NCBI RefSeq assembly: GCF_018350175.1
Contig: NC_058368.1
Span: forward strand, 186,684,001 to 186,748,000
Reading direction: 5' to 3'
Source: Felis catus
Lineage: Eukaryota
Length of the DNA stretch: 64,000 nucleotides
In this document: positions 56,050 to 64,000 of the stretch, one piece after another
Layout of the letters: every line of letters starts with the position of its first letter
How positions within the stretch are numbered: the stretch's first letter is position 1
The notes under the pieces: generated by a model
Databases searched by the model: none
What the model saw: only the letters and a program-made list of their open reading frames with translations
What the model was told of the DNA's origin: nothing
Position numbers and translations under genes: made by a program

Positions 56050-56320
56050 GAAAAGCAATGGAAAGCTTCAAACTTGGGACCTGCTGCTGGGCAGATTTGA
56101 GTTTGAGCTCAAACTTGTCACATATTAGGCATTTGACTACGCAGCTACTTAATCCATCTAACTCTGTTTTCTTATCTGTAAAGCAAAGATATAATTGCAC
56201 CTCCCTCATAGGGCTGTTGTAAAGATGGAATATAATAACCATTAGAAGTCCTTGACGCCTTGCATGGTAAGTGGTATGTAAACAGTAGATACTATTGTTG
56301 TTGCTTTTGTTAATTTTCAT
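56050..56320 (+). mobile_element. MIR SINE fossil
   Basis: ctctgttttcttatctgtaaagcaaagatataattgcacctccctcatagggctgttgtaaagatggaa resembles the MIR core. Confidence 0.65.
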
Positions 56321-58579
56321 CATTACTATAATAGCACATATATCACAAATTGTATTATGCCTAAAACTTCACAATAATTATTTAATGTTCTCTTAGGATA
56401 GATATTTTATATCAAGGATAATTAATTTAAAAATTGGCTTTACTCATGAAAATATGCTAAACATTATGCATTCATTTAACATTGAACGTATATCTGATGA
56501 AGACATTGTGCTAAGCTCTTTGCAAATTTAATACTCATTTAGTCCTTACCATATTCCTCAAGTAAAAGAAACTCAAGATCAGAAAGAGGGAGTACCTTGC
56601 CTGTGAGACTGGAAGAACTTGGATTCCTACCCAGGTTGGTCTCATCTTCAAATCCTTGTAAGCTCTTTCCACTTCAGCATTAAAAGCAACCAGACTTACT
56701 TAATTCACATTCATTTTGGTCATTTCTCAAAAAACATTTGCTGAGAGTCTGCCTTCTGCCATATGTAGTACTAGTACTGGAAATTTACAGATTGAGCACA
56801 CAAAGCCCCTGCCCTATGGGATTATTTGGCACCACTCAAACATGTAGGAACTCTCTTAAGGCCAGCAACTCATTTGGTGATAAGCTTCGTGACTTTCACC
56901 CCTCATGACTTTAGAATGTCCAAGCAGCACCTGATAGACACTATCTGTGAGGGAGGCAGCCTGTCAGGACATTATTGTCCAATACATTCAGGATTAAAAG
57001 GAGCTATTGCTATCAAAGAATGAACATCACTGAAAAGACCCAATTATGGGATGAGTGAAGAACCAGTTCTTCTCAGCTTACACTATAAATTGCAAATTAT
57101 GTAAACCTACAAATGCAAAATACGTGCATTTTTAGTTGGCACCCTTCATGCTAAGTTTCAGCATTCTGTCCAGCAGAGAGAACAGAAATCAGCTCCAGTA
57201 CAGGAACACGTTCAAATAACTGGTGGGGTGTGTGTGTGTGTGTGTGTGCACGCACACGCGCGCACACACAGAAACTCATGTAGGTGGGATGGTGAGAGAG
57301 CTAATAGGAAATGACACCATGGGTGCAATTCATGGTCAGTAACTTAGCTCTGGAATGGGAAAGCCCCAAACACCTTCCCTCAGATGTGCTGATCAATTCA
57401 TAATTGGTAAATTCCCCTACGCATACTCCAACTAGTATAATTTCTTCTAAAAACACTTCAGATAGCCTCACTCTCTTCTGATATTTGTTCTAATTCCGAA
57501 ATATCATATATCATTTTTTTTCCACGCAGAATATCCCTCTGAGCCATTCCACCCCTAGAATAATAACAGGTTAGTAAGAAAATCTCTCAGAGATATCAAT
57601 AGGCATAATACGTCCATAATCTTTTATTTCCTAAGGCAGACAGCAGCAAGATAATGTAAATACATTCTTATCCCCATGTGATACAATGTGTAATGTGACA
57701 GAGCATTAGCCAAATGTGCAGCCCTCTTCCACCCTACCCACCATAGTATCACCCTACTATATGGACTAGAACCAAAGAATAATCATGAAATGGCCAATTC
57801 CAGAAAAGCCCAGAATGATTAGGCTTGTTTGGTAGATCTCCTTATCAATGTGTTTATTTGTTCATATTCTGATGCATTCTTTTGTTTGGTTCTAGTGGCC
57901 AGCTAGTACATTAGTATTCATTCATATATTTACTTTTTCACTTCAGAGATTTTTATTGGAAACAAAAGGAAAAGCTCCTGGGACATACTAAGAGACAATG
58001 CTTAGTGTCCCACTAATACTGAGGAAAATGAATGTCTTTGAGGGTAAGGAGAGAGGAAAAAAAAATTCTCTCAGATTGGGAAGAAGGATACCTGGTTACA
58101 TGGAAGTAGAGATTTGCACACTATTCAGTGGTGGTGACCTGAGGAAATGGTAGACCTCAGAGCAAATGGTGTAATGAAGTTTGGGAAACCTGCCCCTGGC
58201 GTTGCCCCAAACATGCTACAAATGACAGACTCTTGTGATCACAGTGAAAGCATCACACAGGCTGGAGCATCTCAGTAGAAAAGAAAAAAAAAAGCTTCTG
58301 TCTTTCTGCAGCAGTATAATGCTGCTAGATAGCTTCATTTAAAAAGTTAGATTCATCACTACATCCCCATCTGAGACCTAGTGGGTACTTGGTCCCTCAA
58401 CCCCACAAAGTGGTATGAGAGACAACAGGATGGATTTAATGTTAGATCAGCAATATACTATTTCTAGGATTCGATGTGCAAAGGAAGTGGGCATAACTTG
58501 TTTCCGTTCTGAAAGAAAGCTAACAAGAGATCTAAGGTTTGGCTAGAGGATTAATATATCTCACACCCTATGTTAGAAA

Positions 58580-58790
58580 CTCAAATGTGTATACAAGGCT
58601 TAATAGGAATGGTAAAATAGTAATATACACTTGGCACAAAACAATAGGGAGTGGTGGGGACTATGGATAACTAGGGAGGACAAGCTCTACCTAAAAGCAG
58701 TTACTATTAAGCCCCATCCAATGGTTGCCTTAAGGGATTGCAACCCTGGGGTTGCCAGATGAGTCTTAGAATTCAAGAAAACCCCAAAGC
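58580..58790. mobile_element. MER102-like hAT DNA transposon fossil
   Basis: gggagtggtggggactatggataactagggagg...ggggttgccagat resembles the recalled consensus. Confidence 0.45.
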
Positions 58791-61204
58791 ACTGCATCTT
58801 CTATTTTCTGGACAGTTACAGTATGGTCAGAGAGACACTGAAACATTCATCTTTCCTATGCCAAAAACCCCATCCTGATGTTCTAGATCTGTAATCCCAG
58901 AAAAGAGCATATTACAAGATCTATGAGAGTATTTTCATATGAAGCAAGCTTCTATGCTATTATAATTGTGACAAGATCTCTTTTCTTCACTTTCCTGGAG
59001 GCCGACACCTTATAAATGAAATTTTTATGCTGTCTCAAAATAAGAAAGATATATAAACTTTTTTATATTATAAAGTATACAGAATTGCAACAGAGGTTTT
59101 CACAATGTGAACATGTGATTGACTACTTTTAAGTCACTCTCTTTGAAGCTCAGTGTCTCTTTTCCCTATGCAGTGACTCAGAAGTCCCTTATCTCCCAAC
59201 ACTTCCTGGATCCATCCAGCAGTAGTGAACTTGACTAAGAACAACACAAAAACCACCCAAGGAGGGATTTCGGTGAGGACCAAAGAGTTATGAGGGGGCA
59301 AGGAACTTTTGGGAGAGAAATGGAGAGAGGAAAGGGGAGGGCAAGGGTGGAAGCTTAAGGGATCTCCATCATTACAGAGTGTGCCATGGACTTCGGTTCT
59401 TGACGATGTCAACAACTTCAGAGATGAAGTCTGGGGCACAAATTAAATGGGAAATAGAAGTTACGGAGAAATTTCCACCTCCCCAGAGATCCTATGTAGA
59501 ATGGAGCTTAGTGAATGAACCTGAAGTGAAGAACTAATAAAAAATTATCCAGAAACTTCTGAGGTGAAGCAGCAGTAGTAGAAGAGGGAAACTATACATG
59601 GAAAGGAAGACATTTTCTTCTAACTACAATAACAAAATATTGACATGGTCGATAAACAAAATAGTTTGAAAATCACTACCCACAGTGGTGAGTTGAAGAG
59701 CCTGGTATTACCCATTATACTGCTGCAGAAAGACAGAAGACGGAAGAAAGAGAAGGGGAGAGGAAAAAATAAAGAGAGAAAGCAAAGACTTTTGGAAACA
59801 TTTTCAGCACCTGACACCACCTCACCCACCCCTGTAGGGTATGTGATGTGAATTTAACTCTCAAAATAGCAGTGTGAAGTATAAACTATTGGCATACCTA
59901 TGTTACAGAGAACGTAACATGGAACAATTGGTATTGCATCCAGAGCTGACTGACTCCAAGGCCCATGAACTTCACCCCTTTACTTTCATGCTACAAAATG
60001 CATTGCAGAGCTTCAGTTTCGCTGCTGGAGATACAGTACTTTTAAAAGTGAAGTTAGAAACAAGGTCAAAGTATTTAGGGAAAAAGAAAGGGAGGAGTGT
60101 TTACTCTTAAATTTCTATTTTATGTTTATAGTTTTACACTTATTCAGTGTTATTTTTTGAAGCTGAGAATTGTCAAATTCTAGATATTTTGATGTTTCTT
60201 TTAATTTATTTGGGTGACAGAAGAGAGATGTATATGTAAATTAAATGAGTAACTTTGACACATCTTCGAAAGGATTTTGAAAATCTCCTTTCTTGCTTTC
60301 TCTTTAAATAAGGTTATCTTTTTTTAAGACATCATTTAGAACAATTTTGAATTGTAAAAGCAGTACTTACTTCTCAATGTGGAAGATGTTATTTTTTTAA
60401 GTCCCCAAAGTAATGGTTGAACCTTCCTTTATAAGTAAGGCAATACAGAGAGAGAAGGCACACCGCTGTGGTCATCTGGTCAACTGGACATGAGGAAAGA
60501 AGGCTAGGAGCCTGAAGCTTTCCAAGAGATCAAAAGAGTTTCTGAATGTGTAGGCTAATAAATGCTCCTGAGAGTTGTGTGAGATTTGTGGCAGGAAACC
60601 ATCAGTGTTCTTTGAACCTCAATATAGGAGTGGCCCTGGGTAGAGCTTACATTTCTCATTCTGAATGGCCTAAGCCCTGACTGAATAAAATGGAAAGATT
60701 CTTTCCTCACCTAGTTTTCTTTACTTGCTTAAAAACACCCTTGGAGGGATCGAAGAACCATTTGAGTTGGAAATCTTTCAGAGTAGCTTGCCAAATCTTT
60801 ATTTATTCATACTTATTTCTCATTCCACTTGCCAGGAATTCATTTGAACATTTAGAGAATCTCTCTGTATGTATAAGACAAAACTATTGATGCATACAAA
60901 GTACAAGATGATTAATAAATAAAAACTTTTAAATGTTTTAGAAGCTTCATTTAAAATTAAATTACAGGGGTGATCTTGCCAGTTTGAAATGAGCTTTTCC
61001 CATTTCAGCTTTGGCAGATAATAAGGACACTGGCTCCTGGCTCTTGTTCTTGTTCCAAGAGCCGTCTTGAAGCACTTGGGACAGCCTCTTTAGAATCCTT
61101 GGTTTGGAGTGGCCTGGGAAAAGCAAATGTTCAGGAAGCGTCCCAAACTCACATAGCAAGTGCAAAGCCTGGGGAGGCCCAGCTTTCAATCTCCCCTTCC
61201 CAGC

Positions 61205-61649
61205 AGTATTAGGGTTCCCCAGAGAAATAAGAGCCAATAGAATGTGTGTATATACACACATAATTGCTCATGAAATTATGGAGGCTGGCATGTTCAAAAT
61301 CTGCCTGGTGGACCAGCAGGCTGGAGACCCAGGGAAAACTGATGTTGCAATTCAAGTCCAAAGGCCCTCAGCCTGAGGCCAGAAAAGTTCCAAACTTGTA
61401 GTTCAAGTCCAAAGGCCATCTGCTGGAAGAATTTCTTCTTGCTCAGGGAAGGTCAATCTTTTGTTCCATTCAGACCTTCCACTGATTGTATAAGGCTCAC
61501 ACACAATCTGGAAAGCAGTCTTCTTTACTCAAAAGCCACAGATTTAAATGTCAATCTCATCCAAAAACCAGAAATACCCAGAATAGTTTTTGACCATGTA
61601 TCTGGGCATGATGGTGTGACCAACTTGACACATAAAATTAGCCATCACA
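61205..61649 (-). mobile_element. MLT2 (ERVL) solo LTR
   Basis: gtattagggttccccagagaaa...ggctggagacccagggaaa...gatttaaatgtcaatctcatccaaaaa...ttgacacataaaattagccatcaca, a hallmark MLT2 terminus. Confidence 0.85.
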
Positions 61650-62199
61650 CGGCCCATATGCTATAAAGCAGCCAAGGTAATGTGAAAATGCAAATACAAT
61701 CATGTCACTTTCCATCTTAAAAACCCTTAAAGTTTCTATGATATCCTTAGGAAAAGCCCCAATTTATCTTGGTTCTCAAGGTCCTTTGTGACCTGTTGCT
61801 CATTTATAGACCTCAGTTCTCCCATCCCTTGCTTGAATCCCAAGATCCCACCAGACCAAATTACTTTCAGTTTCACAGAGATACTATTTGTTTCTAGAAA
61901 TTTACAGTTTATTCTTCCTGCAACATTTCCCCTTATCCCCCAAATTGTCTCCCTCATTAATTCCTATTTATTTTTTCCAGGTAAAAATTTAGACATCACT
62001 TCATCTGAGAAAGCTTTCCTGACTCCAGAGGTTGATAATTAATTCCCAACAGTCTGCCTAGCACATACCATATGCTTGTAACTATTTGTAAAATAACTGA
62101 ATAAAATCCACATGTTCTGCAGAACCAAAAGTAATGCTGAGTATGGTTACATATAGTGTTAGGTGACAGCAAAAACTATTTTATAAGGGGCAATTTTCT

Positions 62200-63000
62200 C
62201 TTGGAACCAACCTTCTTGGCACTCTGAGTTTTACTTCTACTTCAGTGATTGCCCCTTCTCGGAGTCCGTTGCTGGTTTCTCAATGGTTCCCCAACTTCTT
62301 CCTGTTGAAGTAACTCATATTTGTACCTTCATTCAATACTTCTCTTTTAAACCTCAGGCAGTTGCTTGGCATTATATTTTGGATGTCTAATGGGTCTTTC
62401 AAACCCCAAATAGTCAAAATTGATTGTTCTCCCAAAGTTGAGGGTGACTTTAGCTACTCTGGCTAAGACAACTGTAGTCATTTCTTCTTTTTCTTCTCCT
62501 CTCACCTTATGGTGACTAAAAGTTCAAAATATACCCAGAAGCTATCCACTTCTCACACTTTCTACCTCTTACCACCCTTCTCTCAGTCACTACAGTCTGT
62601 AACCTGGCCTGTTTAAACAGCCTCCTACTTGGTCTTTTCGCTGCAGCCTTTCCCAACCTACAAACTTTTCAACAGCCAGAATGGTCACTTTGAAAGGAAA
62701 GTTAGATTATGGATTTGCTCTGCTCAAAATGCTACATGCCTCTCTGTTTCAATCAGAGTAAAAGCCAACTTTCTTAAGATGTCCTGAAAGTTTATACACA
62801 GCCTGGTTCTCTGCACTTGCCTAATTGATGCTGAATCTTATTACTCTTCCCCTGGCTCTCTGAGCTCCAAACATACTGGCGCCTTTGCTCTATCTCACAG
62901 GGCTTTCATTCTGTTCACTCTGCTTCTAACCATCCTCCCCAGGACATACTTGATTAATTACCTCACCCCCTTCAAGTCTTACAATGAGTTCTATCCTTGC
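62200..63000 (+). mobile_element. L2 LINE fossil
   Basis: atatacccagaagctatccacttctcacac...acagcctcctacttggtc...aacagccagaatggtc...tcagagtaaaagccaa is typical L2 sequence. Confidence 0.7.
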
Positions 63001-64000
63001 CAATGTATTTAATTTCAAGTCAAATACCTTTCCAAGCCCATTATTAGGGAGTTTATTGAAAGAATATTGCCTTGGTCATAGCCAAAGATTCTAATTTTAG
63101 TAAGTTTGGGGGTTGGACCCAGTGACCTATATTTTTCATAAGAAATAAGTACTGTCATGATCATTAAAGTTTTTTTGCACTACTGAAAAATTCTCAAGGT
63201 TATGGTTTGACCTGACAGTGTCAATGCCCCTTAAAATGTTCTGAGTTGCCACATTAAGGCTTTGGCTAAAGATTTTGTTTCATCTACAAATCATGAGCAT
63301 ATCCAAAGAATGTTCTAACAGAAGAAAAAAATTCTTGTTCTGTTCTCTTAAATAATAATAAGAATGATGATAATAATGATTATTAATAATAATTATGTTT
63401 TGGAATGTGCAGGACTTAATGGGAAAATATGTATGCATTTAGTAGGATAGAGATGTTCCTAATTTCTCTTTGAAAATGGAGATTCTTTCATTATGGGGAC
63501 TTTTATCTTGATACTTGTTGATCCTAAGCCTCACCTTTCCATGTATATCATATTTATTTTTAACTCAGGATTTTCATTTCCCCTGACCCTAACACCTAAT
63601 GGAAGCAAAGGGCTGATGATGAAAATGAGACTACGATGTTTGATCTAGGGTATAAATAGAAAAGCCTAGAACTTAGGCAGAAAAACTGTATAAACAGCCC
63701 TTAACTTGCTACATGACCTTAGGAACTGCATTTCAACTCTCTAAAGCTCAGTTTTGTCATCTATGACACAGAAGGAAAAATATTTTAGTATCAATGTGAA
63801 AGCATTCTATAAAGTATAAAGTACTGTAATACTGTGTGCGCTCAGATATTATTAGTATTATTACATAGTCATCTTCATTTTCTTGATCTACATTTATAAT
63901 GGAAACTTGTTACCTTTCCTGTTTCTATGTTATTAGAGACAGTGGCTTACCACAATATAAGGAGAGTTGGCCATGATGGCATTTCTTCCTGGGTGTAGGC

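Noticed and set aside
59803..59823. ttcagcacc resembling a REST/RE1 site
   Set aside because: Only the left half-site is present; the GGACAG right half is absent.
61351..61420. Duplicated ttcaagtccaaaggcc
   Set aside because: It lies inside the MLT2 LTR and is best explained as internal LTR repeat structure.

Overview
Mammalian (felid, judged by its SINEC_Fc-type carnivore SINEs) genomic DNA containing the 3' half of GABRB2, the GABA-A receptor beta-2 subunit gene, on the + strand. There are five coding exons: 6860-6997, 8734-8886, 12250-12494, the alternatively spliced 114-nt 'beta2-long' cassette 17614-17727 (missed by the ORF track) and the terminal exon 49887-50234. A putative ~5.7 kb repeat-poor 3' UTR follows, ending near AATAAA 55920-55925. 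Introns carry 16 Can-SINEs (most with target-site duplications), a 5'-inverted L1, ancient L1/L2/MIR/MER fossils and microsatellites; an MLT2 LTR lies downstream. The most striking observation is that the beta2L cassette exon is the exact codon-for-codon antisense of an ancient CR1/L3 LINE reverse transcriptase core (WIKNWL...[16 protein letters not shown]...*TDATRLG). The 38-aa receptor insert therefore appears to be an exonized retrotransposon RT fossil. All repeat family calls come from recalled consensus motifs; no database search was run.
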